Of a stretch of 64,000 bases of DNA, positions 50,072 through 58,966 are shown one piece after another. This stretch comes from an uncultured Gemmatimonadota bacterium (GTDB lineage Bacteria > SM23-81 > DAOVCL01): contig CAZVGK010000003.1 of NCBI GenBank assembly GCA_964626665.1, forward strand, positions 1 through 64,000, in the 5' to 3' direction. The notes beneath the pieces were generated by a model. The model was not told the origin of the DNA. It worked only from the letters and a program-made list of their open reading frames with translations, and made no database searches. Numbering within the stretch: position 1 is the stretch's first letter; the number at the start of each line of letters is the position of its first letter. A program made the position numbers and the translations under genes.

Positions 50072-51607
50072 TCATGGATTTTTCCTCAATCCTGACAACT
50101 GATCCCCGTCAACTGTTAACCTGCTTTTCAGGGGAAGCCTAATGGTGAACTTCGCCCCTTGGCTTGGCTTGCTTTCTACCCCTACCATACCCCCATGCTC
50201 CTGGATAATCCTGTAGGAGATGGCCAAGCCCAGGCCTGTTCCCATCGATTTTGTGGTAAAAAAGGGGTCAAAGAGTTTGGCCTTTACCTCCGGTGACATC
50301 CCCACTCCGGTGTCCTCTATGATTATCGACACCCAGGTCTCTCCCTCCCGTTTGGCGCTGAGGGTGAGGTCCCCTCCCTGGGGCATAGCCTGCACTGCAT
50401 TGAGAATGAGGTTTAAAAATACCTGATAGATTTGATTGGGGTCGAGAAGCAACATCGGTATATCCGGGGCATAATCCTTCTTTATCTTTACCTCCTTTTC
50501 CTCGATGCTCTTCTCCTGCATAGATAGTACCCTCTCCAAAATCTTGGTGACATCGTAGGGCATAAACTGCGGTTTCTGTGGCCGGGCAAAGATAAAAAGC
50601 TCCTGGAGCAAGGAGTTGGTGCGGTTTATCTCCTTTATTATCTTCTCCAAGTACTCACACTTGGGGTCTTGGGGGTCAAATTCGGCCTTAAGAGCCTGGG
50701 CGGTGGTCTTGATCCCAGCCAGGGGATTTCTGATCTCATGGGCAATGCCTGCGGTCAACTCACCTAAGGAGGCTAACCTGTCTTTATACCTCATATTTTC
50801 CCTCATCTTCTTTATCTCCGTGAGGTCCCTGAAGACGACTATTGCCCCGACCATCTCTCCCTTAACATTCCTCCGAGGAGAGGTGGAATAGCCAATCAAA
50901 ACCGTATCCCCTCCCCTCTTAATCAACTCCACCTCTTGGTCTATCCTCACCACTTCCCCACTGATGTCATCCCAGTTTAGTATCCTCTTCCCCCCTTCCC
51001 CCTTCAAATCCTCCAAGGCTATCCCCTCCACATCCTGGGATTTATAGCCGAGTATCCTTTCGGCGGCCTGATTTATAGAGGTTATCTTCCCCTCCAAATC
51101 CACAATGATCAATCCCGACCCCATACTCTGCAGGACAGTATAACTGGAATCTTCCCCTTCAAGGGATTTCTGAGAAAGGCCCTGGAGCCGAGACTGTAGC
51201 TCCCGCAAATCCTTGTTCTTCTTGGTCAACTTCTCCAAAAGGATCTTCCCCTCCGAGAGCAGCCTCTTTCTCTCCAGTCCGTTCTCCACCCCTTGGAGGA
51301 GATCCCCTCGGTGGGGCGGCCATTTAAGGGCCAGATAGGCACCAAACGCCCTGGCCTTAATCAGATCCTTTTCCTGGGGGCTATCAATGATGGCAATCAG
51401 GGTCAAATCCTTAGATAGGTCCCTTATCCTTTGCCAAGGGGAGCCCCGGGGGACCTTGTAGATAATCAGATCAATCCCCTTGACTAAGGAGGGAGCGGCC
51501 TGCTCTAACTGGGAAGCGGAGAAAACCTGATATCCAGCCTGGGTTAAGAGCCCCTCCCAATCCGCCCTTACCTCAGGTTCGGAGGCCAAAATAAGCAACT
51601 TAGCCAA
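50072..51607 (-). CDS. PAS sensor histidine kinase with degenerate N-terminal receiver
   Basis: IAHEIRNPL, NLILNA.QAM, EDTGVG, FDPFFTTK, GTGLGL. Confidence 0.9.
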   Translation of the reverse strand: MAKLLILASEPEVRADWEGLLTQAGYQVFSASQLEQAAPSLVKGIDLIIYKVPRGSPWQRIRDLSKDLTLIAIIDSPQEKDLIKARAFGAYLALKWPPHRGDLLQGVENGLERKRLLSEGKILLEKLTKKNKDLRELQSRLQGLSQKSLEGEDSSYTVLQSMGSGLIIVDLEGKITSINQAAERILGYKSQDVEGIALEDLKGEGGKRILNWDDISGEVVRIDQEVELIKRGGDTVLIGYSTSPRRNVKGEMVGAIVVFRDLTEIKKMRENMRYKDRLASLGELTAGIAHEIRNPLAGIKTTAQALKAEFDPQDPKCEYLEKIIKEINRTNSLLQELFIFARPQKPQFMPYDVTKILERVLSMQEKSIEEKEVKIKKDYAPDIPMLLLDPNQIYQVFLNLILNAVQAMPQGGDLTLSAKREGETWVSIIIEDTGVGMSPEVKAKLFDPFFTTKSMGTGLGLAISYRIIQEHGGMVGVESKPSQGAKFTIRLPLKSRLTVDGDQLSGLRKNP

Positions 51608-51608
51608 A

Positions 51609-51818
51609 TTACCTCCCTACTGAGGAGAGAAACTTGATCAAGATAATTACCAGGAGAAAAAGAAGGATAAGCCAGATAAGAGTCCTGCTCCCCCCTGAAG
51701 GCAGCTTGGAATACCTTTTGTATCTCCTCAGATTGATCCTGTGCTCTCTCTCCCCCGCGCTTTTCCTCTTCAGATGAAATTCCCTATGTTTTTGCAATTT
51801 AATCATTTTTACAAACAA
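51609..51818 (-). CDS. small basic protein with C-terminal TM helix
   Basis: fills operon gap; its 3' end supplies GGGAGG SD for the kinase gene. Confidence 0.5.
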   Translation of the reverse strand: MFVKMIKLQKHREFHLKRKSAGEREHRINLRRYKRYSKLPSGGSRTLIWLILLFLLVIILIKFLSSVGR

Positions 51819-51930
51819 TTCTCCACGGAGTTACACGGATAACATTTTTTCACCCAATTTTTCGCAAAGCAAAACATCTATTTCTACTCTCTTTTTCCGT
51901 GTTGGTCCGTGGTGATTATTACCGAGCTTC

Positions 51931-52572
51931 TTAGCCGATAAAGGCCGTGGGGTCAATCCCAGAAAATAACCAGCCTAAATACTTGACAAAAGGTCCAATG
52001 ATAAACCAGAGAAGGGGAAAATTGAAGACCCTGCCCAAGAAGATCAAGCCTATCAAGACGATAAAACCATACCTCTGAAAAGCCGCAAATTTCACCTCCT
52101 CTCTCTGAGGAAGAAGACCCATTAAGATCTTGGAGCCATCCAAAGGGGGGATAGGGATGAGGTTAAAGAAGGCCAGGGCCAGGTTGATAAAGAGGCCAAA
52201 GAGAATCATCTCAAAGCCAACGCCGTGATACCCAAAGCCCAGATAAGCCATCAATCTCAGCAGGATGCCGCAGCCCAGTCCGCCCAATATGTTCGCCCCT
52301 GGCCCGGCCAGGGAGATCCAGATCATATCCCTTTTTGGATTCTTTAGGTAAAAGGGATTGATGGGCACCGGCTTGGCCCACCCTATATAGACCAGGAAGA
52401 TCATCAGGGTCCCAATTGGGTCCAAATGACGAAGGGGGTTTAGGCTCAACCTCCCCGCATACCGGGGGGTGGGATCTCCCAACCGATCGGCCACCCAAGC
52501 ATGAGCATACTCATGGATGGTGAGGGCAAAGAGAATGGGAGGAGCGATGAGAAATAATATTTCAGGTCTCAT
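51931..52572 (-). CDS. site-2 (M50) metalloprotease
   Basis: HEYAH, LGDPT, NPLRHLD, AGP, NLIPIPPLDG. Confidence 0.92.
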   Translation of the reverse strand: MRPEILFLIAPPILFALTIHEYAHAWVADRLGDPTPRYAGRLSLNPLRHLDPIGTLMIFLVYIGWAKPVPINPFYLKNPKRDMIWISLAGPGANILGGLGCGILLRLMAYLGFGYHGVGFEMILFGLFINLALAFFNLIPIPPLDGSKILMGLLPQREEVKFAAFQRYGFIVLIGLIFLGRVFNFPLLWFIIGPFVKYLGWLFSGIDPTAFIG

Positions 52573-53830
52573 CTTCCCTCCAGATGTTATGGGCCATCCT
52601 CAGCTCATCCTTCTTCGTTCTTACCTCCCCATCTAGCTTGGCCTCAAATACCCTATCCAATATCCTCCTGTAAATGGGCCCAGGGGGAATCCCCATCCCC
52701 TTCAGATCATCGCCGGAAAGCGAGAGTTTAACCTTCGACAGTTCTTGCTGCATAATTTGGACAAAACCCGCAAGCTCCTGACTTTCCCTTTGGGCCAGAA
52801 GGAAGGCCAAGGCCTCAGGCCTTAAACCCTCCAGGGCCCTGTATATCTGAGAGGGAAGAGGGTGGGCAAGGGCAATGAGTTTATCTATCCTCTCCCCCTT
52901 CACCCAGACATCCTCGATGATAATGGAGGTCCTCTTAGGCAGATAGAGGCTCTGGGCGAATCTCAGGGCAGAATCCAGCTCCAACCCCCAGACCAGGGCC
53001 AGGAGATAGACCATCCATTTCTCGGCTATCGGGAAACCAAACCGGGAAATACTCGGCTCTATCCTGTTAAAAAGCTGAGTATCAATCTTTATCTCCCGGT
53101 TAAAAAAGGCCAAGATGCCAAATTCTTCAAGCCTTTTGATGGCCTTGCTAGGCTCCTTTTCCCGCAATATCAGGATCAACTCGTCGCCTATCCTTTGCCC
53201 GGAGACCCTGCCTAACATTCCGGCATCCACTGTCTCCTTAAGAAGTGTCTCCGTCTCCGGCTCTATAGTGAAGTCATACCTCTGTTCAAACCTCACCCCC
53301 CGAATTATCCTCGTGGGATCATCGGAGAAACTGCCCTTATGGAGGACCCTGATTACCTTCTTCTTTAAGTCCTCCCTCCCCCCATAGGGGTCAAACAACC
53401 TTCCAAATCTATCCGAGTTGAGGCAGAGGGCCAGGCTGTTGATGGTAAAATCCCGGCGATAGAGATCAGCCTTTAGATTCCCCTGGCTCACCTGAGGGAG
53501 GGCTCCCGGCCGTTCATAGCTCTCTCTGCGAGCTGAGGCCATATCCAGCTTTATCCCTGGCCAAAGCACCAGCAGGGCAGTGCCAAACCGATCGTATCTC
53601 TTGATCTTCCCTCCCATTTTGGCGGCCAACCACCGAGCCAACTCTATCCCATCTCCCTCCACCACCAGATCCAGGTCGATGTTCTTCATCCCTAAGAGAA
53701 GATCCCTCACCGCCCCACCCACCAGGTAGACCCCCATCCCTAACCTATCTCCCTCCCTCCCAATTCTTTGCAAACAGTCAAAGATCTTACCCGGCAGCTC
53801 CCGGGCCATTAGCGCGGAGAAAGAGCTCAT
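52562..53830 (-). CDS. CCA tRNA nucleotidyltransferase/poly(A) polymerase family; start refined to ATG overlapping xerD stop
   Basis: LVGGAVRD, DLDLVV, RRDFTIN, SFSDDPTRIIRGVRF, GIPPGP. Confidence 0.9.
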   Translation of the reverse strand: MSSFSALMARELPGKIFDCLQRIGREGDRLGMGVYLVGGAVRDLLLGMKNIDLDLVVEGDGIELARWLAAKMGGKIKRYDRFGTALLVLWPGIKLDMASARRESYERPGALPQVSQGNLKADLYRRDFTINSLALCLNSDRFGRLFDPYGGREDLKKKVIRVLHKGSFSDDPTRIIRGVRFEQRYDFTIEPETETLLKETVDAGMLGRVSGQRIGDELILILREKEPSKAIKRLEEFGILAFFNREIKIDTQLFNRIEPSISRFGFPIAEKWMVYLLALVWGLELDSALRFAQSLYLPKRTSIIIEDVWVKGERIDKLIALAHPLPSQIYRALEGLRPEALAFLLAQRESQELAGFVQIMQQELSKVKLSLSGDDLKGMGIPPGPIYRRILDRVFEAKLDGEVRTKKDELRMAHNIWREDET

Positions 53831-54735
53831 CCCCGGGGATGGAAGGTGCGATGCACCTCTAAGAGATAATGAGTGTCCAAGTGGGTGTAGATCTGGGTGG
53901 TGGATATGTCCGCATGACCCAACATCTCCTGCACCGCCCGCAGGTCTGCCCCACCCTCCAAGAGATGGGTGGCAAATGAGTGTCTCAGGGTGTGGGGGCT
54001 TACCTTCTTCCCTATCCCCACCTTTTTCACATATCCCTTGAGGATCTTCCACACCCCCATCCGGGAAAGACGCCCTCCCCGGCGGTTCAAAAAGAGATAA
54101 TCACCTGATGAACCCTTGGCCAATAGGGGACGGGCACTTTGCAGGTACTCCTCTAAGGCCTCCTCTGCCTTCCTCCCTATGGGCACTAACCTCTCCTTTG
54201 ACCCCTTTCCCCATATCCTTACCAGATCAATCTCCAAAAAGAGATTTGACAGCTTTAGATTCACTAACTCCGACACCCGCACCCCCGTAGCATAGAGGAA
54301 CTCCAAGAGGGCCTTATCCCTTAAACCAAAGGGAAGGGAATCATCTGGCCCTGCCAAGAGCCTCTCCACCTCATCCTGGGAGAGCACCACAGGAAGTTTC
54401 CTCCCCAGCTTCGGGGAGCTAAGCCACTCCATTGGATTGACCTGACAGAGGCCCTCCCGCATCAGGAAGCGATAGAAGACCTTAAGGCAGGAGAAGTTAC
54501 GTGCTATGCTGGAGGGTTGTAAGCCACATTCCCGCAGGGTCATCAGGTATTCCGCCACCTTGCTTTGATCTGCCTCCCGGGGAGAGGTCATCCCCTTCAG
54601 CTCAAGAAAACCTAAAAAACGATTTAGGTCACGGGAATAGGCCTCTAAAGTATTGGCGGCCAACCCCCTCTCTACAGAGAGGTAGTGAAGGTAGCCATCA
54701 ACCTCCCCTTCAACTATTGGAGAAACGGATTCCAT
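53827..54735 (-). CDS. xerD: site-specific tyrosine recombinase XerD
   Basis: ERGLA.NT, YATGVRVSEL, GKGSKERLVP, PHTLRHSFATH, LGHADISTTQIYTH, HPR. Confidence 0.92.
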   Translation of the reverse strand: MESVSPIVEGEVDGYLHYLSVERGLAANTLEAYSRDLNRFLGFLELKGMTSPREADQSKVAEYLMTLRECGLQPSSIARNFSCLKVFYRFLMREGLCQVNPMEWLSSPKLGRKLPVVLSQDEVERLLAGPDDSLPFGLRDKALLEFLYATGVRVSELVNLKLSNLFLEIDLVRIWGKGSKERLVPIGRKAEEALEEYLQSARPLLAKGSSGDYLFLNRRGGRLSRMGVWKILKGYVKKVGIGKKVSPHTLRHSFATHLLEGGADLRAVQEMLGHADISTTQIYTHLDTHYLLEVHRTFHPRG

Positions 54736-55331
54736 CTCCTCTCCTCTCCTATGGTGGTGGATGGGCCATGACCTGGGTAGACAGTAACCTCATCATCCAA
54801 GGTAAGAAGTTCCTCCCGGATAGATTTGAGGAGGACCTCCCAGGAGGCGCCGGGAAGGTCTGTCCTCCCCACAGAACCGGCAAAAAGGGTATCTCCGGAG
54901 AAGAGCCAATGCTCCCCGAGGAGACTTATCCCCCCGGGGGAATGGCCTGGGGTATGGATCACCCTCCAAACCATTCCCGCCAGCTCGATCTTCTCCCCTC
55001 CCTCCAGGAGCCTATCTGCCAGGGGGGAGATCACCTCCTGGCCCCAAAGAAGGGAGAGGTTTTTCTCGGGGTGGACAAGCATTGAGGCATCATCCCTGTG
55101 GATCAAAAGGGGAGCCCCCGTGCTCTCCTTGATCTTCCCGTTAGCCCCTATGTGATCGCTATGGCCGTGGGTGTTGATAATATACTTGATTGTCAAACCC
55201 TCTGCCTGTGAAAGTATCCGCTCAGGTTCTGCCCCAGGATCGATGATCATTGATTTCTCTCCACCCTCGGGGGTGACAAGATAACAGTTTGTCTCCCATT
55301 GGCCGACTTTTAAGGTGATTACCTCTATCAT
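54714..55331 (-). CDS. MBL-fold metallo-hydrolase (glyoxalase II-like)
   Basis: THGHSDH, TPGHSPG, SGDTLF, PGHG. Confidence 0.9.
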   Translation of the reverse strand: MIEVITLKVGQWETNCYLVTPEGGEKSMIIDPGAEPERILSQAEGLTIKYIINTHGHSDHIGANGKIKESTGAPLLIHRDDASMLVHPEKNLSLLWGQEVISPLADRLLEGGEKIELAGMVWRVIHTPGHSPGGISLLGEHWLFSGDTLFAGSVGRTDLPGASWEVLLKSIREELLTLDDEVTVYPGHGPSTTIGEERRWNPFLQ

Positions 55332-55870
55332 TGGATCTCATCCAACTTCAGACTCAACTGCACACCCTCAAGCTCTAAGAGCCTCCTCTTCAATTTCAGA
55401 CCTCCGCTGAAGCCGCCCAATTTACCGTTTTTCCGCACCACTCGATGGCAGGGGATAAGAATAGGAAGGGGATTTAAGGCTAATGCCCTGCCCACCGCGC
55501 GGGCTGCCTTTGGATGCCCTATCTCTTCAGCCAGCCAACTGTAGCTTTTCACCTCTCCATAGGGAATAGTTGCCGTCTGTTGCCAAACCGTTCTCTGAAA
55601 TGGGGTTGAGCCCCGCAGATCGAGCGGTTCAGGGAAGGAGATCTTTCTTCCCTCAAGGTAATTCCTTAATCTTCCATTAAATTCGGAAAAGTTCCCGTCA
55701 TCCCGCACCAGATCAACCTTCCTCTGGAAAAGGGATGATTGGAGGAGGGCATTAATATCGATCTTGTTCAGGCTTAGATAACAGAGGCCCTCCTGGGTGG
55801 CGGCTACGAACATCTCCCCCCAGGGGGTATTGAGGAGAGAGTATTTGATTTTAAGGTAACGGTTCACCAC
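55328..55870 (-). CDS. ogt: methylated-DNA-protein-cysteine methyltransferase
   Basis: TPFQ..VW, IPYG, ARAVG, NP..I.IPCHRV. Confidence 0.92.
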   Translation of the reverse strand: MVNRYLKIKYSLLNTPWGEMFVAATQEGLCYLSLNKIDINALLQSSLFQRKVDLVRDDGNFSEFNGRLRNYLEGRKISFPEPLDLRGSTPFQRTVWQQTATIPYGEVKSYSWLAEEIGHPKAARAVGRALALNPLPILIPCHRVVRKNGKLGGFSGGLKLKRRLLELEGVQLSLKLDEIQ

Positions 55871-56121
55871 CGAATCTCATGGGAAAAGGCAATTAAGAAT
55901 TTAGAATTAAGAATTAAAAATGTGGGAAACATGGAAATTCCTCAGCCCTCGCTCTTTGTGGATGTCATCATCCACTGAAAGATTTGGATCAGCTATCTGA
56001 TCAACCTTGTGGGAAAGGTCTCCTGACCTTTCAAGAGCTATCAGGAGGTAACTCCTGACAGCACACTTTTGATCGGCATCAGGAGATGCCTCCCACAATA
56101 AAACTTAGCTTCCTCCAGTCG

Positions 56122-57969
56122 CTAACTCATCTTCTTTTTCTGATCCCTGTTCCCCGTGAACCGTTTTGGGGGATGAAAGTAGTTAAAGACATTCCGCGCA
56201 GTGCTTCTGTTCATCCTCTCAATCCTCTCCAGTTCCGCAAGCCCTGCCTTCCTCACCTCCTCTAAGGAGCCAAACGCCCTGAGGAGGGTTTCCTCCCTCC
56301 TCTGGCCAATCCCCTTTATCTGCCCCAACTCTGATCTTATCGTTCTCTTCTTCCTCAAAAGCCGATGGTAGAAGATGGCAAGCCTGTGGGCTTCATCCCT
56401 CACCCTCTGAATAAGCCTCAACGCCGGTGAATCCTTAGGAAGCATAATGGAGTCGGATCTGCCGGGGAGGAAGACCTCATCCAATCTCTTGGCCAAGCCT
56501 ATCACCGGCTGATCCTTCACCCCCAGATCCCTCAAAGCTTTCCTCGCTGCCGAGAGCTGCCCCTTGCCACCATCTACCAGGATAAGATCTGGAAGGTCTG
56601 CCTTCTCCTGCAAGACCCTCTTATATCTCCTCCCAATCACCTCTGCCATCATAGCGTAGTCATCTTGCCCGAAGACCGTCCTTATTTTGAACCTCCGATA
56701 GGAGGCCTTGCGCGGGGACCCATTTACAAAGGAGACCATCGATCCCACACTATCCGATCCCCTGATATTAGAAATATCAAAGGCCTCTATCCTCCGGGGG
56801 GCTACCCTGAGATGGAGATGGCCCTGCAAGGCTAAAATCCCAGGGGATAGCCTCTCCCTGGCCCTTTCCTGCAGCAGCTCCTGCAGGAGGAGCTGGGCAT
56901 TTTCCTCGGCCATACCCACCAACTTGGCCTTCTTTCCCCTCTGGGGGATAACCAGGTCAACCTTCCTTCCCCTTCTCCTCGACAGCCAATTGGCTATCAA
57001 TTCCCCCTCCTCTACCTCTTGGGGGAGGAAGATCTCCCGGGGAATATCAGCGGAGTTCAGGTAGGTTCTCTTTAAAAGTGAACCCAGAAACTCTCCATCC
57101 CCTACCCCAGAGGGGGTGAGGAGGTAGAAGTGTTCTCTTCCCACCATTGCTCCTCCCCTTACCTTCAAGAGAACCGCCGCTGCATCCTTTCCCTGCCGGG
57201 CGTAGGAGACTATATCCCTGTCTACATCCTTTTGGATTACTATCTTCTGAGACTGAGTGACCTTCTTCACGGCGCGCAGTTGGTCCCTGAACTTGGCGGC
57301 CAACTCGAAATCTTGCTTCCTGGCGGCCTCCTCCATTGCCCCCTTCAAATGATCCTCCAGAACCCTGTTTCTTCCGGAGAGGAAAAGGAGAACTCCATCT
57401 ATAATCCGACGATAATCCTCCTCGCTTACCTTCCCCTGACAGACCCCTAAGCAACGTTTAATGTAATAGTTGAGGCAGGGCTTAACCTTAGTTTTGGCCG
57501 GCAGTGACTGGGAGCAGCTCCGCACCGGAAATATCCGCCGCAACATCCTCAGGGTCCACCTCATCGATTTGGCATTGGTATAGGGGCCAAAGTATTTTGC
57601 TCCATCCCTCTTTGCCCTCCGCACCACTATCACCCGGGGAAAGGTTTCTCCGACAGTAACCTTGATCAGAGGATATCGCTTGTCATCCTTTAAATTCACA
57701 TTGTAACGAGGCTTATTCTCCTTGATCAGGTTGGACTCCAAGATAAGGGCCTCTATCTCCGAATCGGTGATGATTAGCTCAAAGTCTTCCACCTTAGAGA
57801 CCATCGCCCTTATCCGCGGGGGAAGCCTGGAGCTATCCTGAAAATAGTAGCGCAACCTCTGAGAAAGGGATTTGGCCTTCCCTATATACAGCGGTTTGCC
57901 CCTACTGTCCCTCATTATGTAAACTCCAGGGCCCTGGGGCAAATTTTGCAACTTCGCTTTTACATCCAT
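56122..57969 (-). CDS. uvrC: excinuclease ABC subunit C (start refined to ATG 57969)
   Basis: GIY-YIG (PGVY..LYIGKA), FDISN, DDYAMM, LVDGG.GQ, RDEAHR, HhH. Confidence 0.95.
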   Translation of the reverse strand: MDVKAKLQNLPQGPGVYIMRDSRGKPLYIGKAKSLSQRLRYYFQDSSRLPPRIRAMVSKVEDFELIITDSEIEALILESNLIKENKPRYNVNLKDDKRYPLIKVTVGETFPRVIVVRRAKRDGAKYFGPYTNAKSMRWTLRMLRRIFPVRSCSQSLPAKTKVKPCLNYYIKRCLGVCQGKVSEEDYRRIIDGVLLFLSGRNRVLEDHLKGAMEEAARKQDFELAAKFRDQLRAVKKVTQSQKIVIQKDVDRDIVSYARQGKDAAAVLLKVRGGAMVGREHFYLLTPSGVGDGEFLGSLLKRTYLNSADIPREIFLPQEVEEGELIANWLSRRRGRKVDLVIPQRGKKAKLVGMAEENAQLLLQELLQERARERLSPGILALQGHLHLRVAPRRIEAFDISNIRGSDSVGSMVSFVNGSPRKASYRRFKIRTVFGQDDYAMMAEVIGRRYKRVLQEKADLPDLILVDGGKGQLSAARKALRDLGVKDQPVIGLAKRLDEVFLPGRSDSIMLPKDSPALRLIQRVRDEAHRLAIFYHRLLRKKRTIRSELGQIKGIGQRREETLLRAFGSLEEVRKAGLAELERIERMNRSTARNVFNYFHPPKRFTGNRDQKKKMS

Positions 57970-57976
57970 CCCATAA

Positions 57977-58005
57977 AAACTAAAGCAAACCAGCCCATTT
58001 GTCAA
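57977..58005 (-). promoter_or_regulatory. promoter for a probably leaderless uvrC transcript
   Basis: TTGACA-17 bp-TAGTTT followed 7 nt later by ATG. Confidence 0.55.
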
Positions 58006-58290
58006 GGGAAAGATTACCCCTGCTGACTGAGCCCCTCAGGGCTACTCAACTTACCATTTCGGAATTACAATTTCTTGATAGGATAGACAGAATGGTCTGG
58101 ATATAAAAGAATCCTGGACCAATTTGCCCGTTTCCCTTCCCCCATTGTGGGAAAGGTCTCCTACATTAGAGGAAGTCATCATGAACTGTAGGGACAGGCC
58201 TTTAGGCCTGTCCAGAATGATAAACCTCCCGCAGATTCAAAATCTGCGGGAGGTTGGTATTAAGCCTTACTTCCAGTGGAAATGTCCCCG

Positions 58291-58379
58291 GTCATTGCGA
58301 GTCCCGATGAAATTGGGACGAAGCAATTTCATAAATCCCCTCTATGAATTGCTTTGGAATTCTATCTCTCGTAATGACA
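58291..58379. repeat. GTCATTGCGAG...CTCGTAATGAC palindromic element
   Basis: terminal inverted repeat with inner GAAGCAATT/AATTGCTTT arms. Confidence 0.65.
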
Positions 58380-58383
58380 TTCA

Positions 58384-58517
58384 GGGTGGGGTGGATATGC
58401 ACACTGAGGTAGGCGCTCCACTAATGAATTAAGTAGCCTCTAAGGGCTTCGTCCTGACGCCCCGGGTTTCCCCAACCTCATACCCAGTATTTGGACTCGT
58501 GCCTCACCACCCCACCC
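58384..58517. ncRNA. orphan structured element (unassigned)
   Basis: perfect 11-bp terminal stem GGGTGGGGTGG/CCACCCCACCC with nested GCAC/GTGC, TGAGGT/ACCTCA, GGCG/CGCC stems. Confidence 0.4.
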
Positions 58518-58966
58518 TTCCTTTTGTTGGCTCTTCTCCATTTTTATTGATTAGATCTTTCGTAACTTTCAGAGTAATTGGGAGTTGTATAACGAACTAT
58601 TTCGCTTGCAATATCCAAAGATGCAAAATCTGTAGATTGCTAGACAGTTGTTAATTAAAGAATTAGCATTTAATGCATTTTCACTAAATTTTCCGCTCTA
58701 TAACTTTGAAAAACAGTGATTTAGTAAGCTTTGAAGGTCAAAAGCTGACCATTTTCAAATTCTGCATTCTGGGCAACTATCTGTGAATAAATAATCTATG
58801 CCATCAACTAAAATGGAAATGAACCGTCTTATCTTCTCCTCAAAATCCAGAAAATTTCAGAGTCCGAGGCAAGCGGACAGACCTCCCGACAAGCTAAAGG
58901 GAATCGGGACAAGTTCCGGTCTGTCCTTACAGAACACACAAAACTCCCATTAGGGAGATTATTCAA

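Noticed and set aside
53831..54052. N-terminal extension of the CCA enzyme in the ORF track
   Set aside because: Overlaps xerD out of frame; an ATGA junction at 53827-53830 gives a natural start
53827..54735. Tyrosine recombinase as the integron integrase for the attC-like sites
   Set aside because: XerD-type motifs and size, no IntI-specific insertion, embedded in a housekeeping operon
58540..58860. AT-rich stretch as an IS110 transposase remnant or identifiable pseudogene
   Set aside because: Only short stop-riddled frames with no recognisable motif
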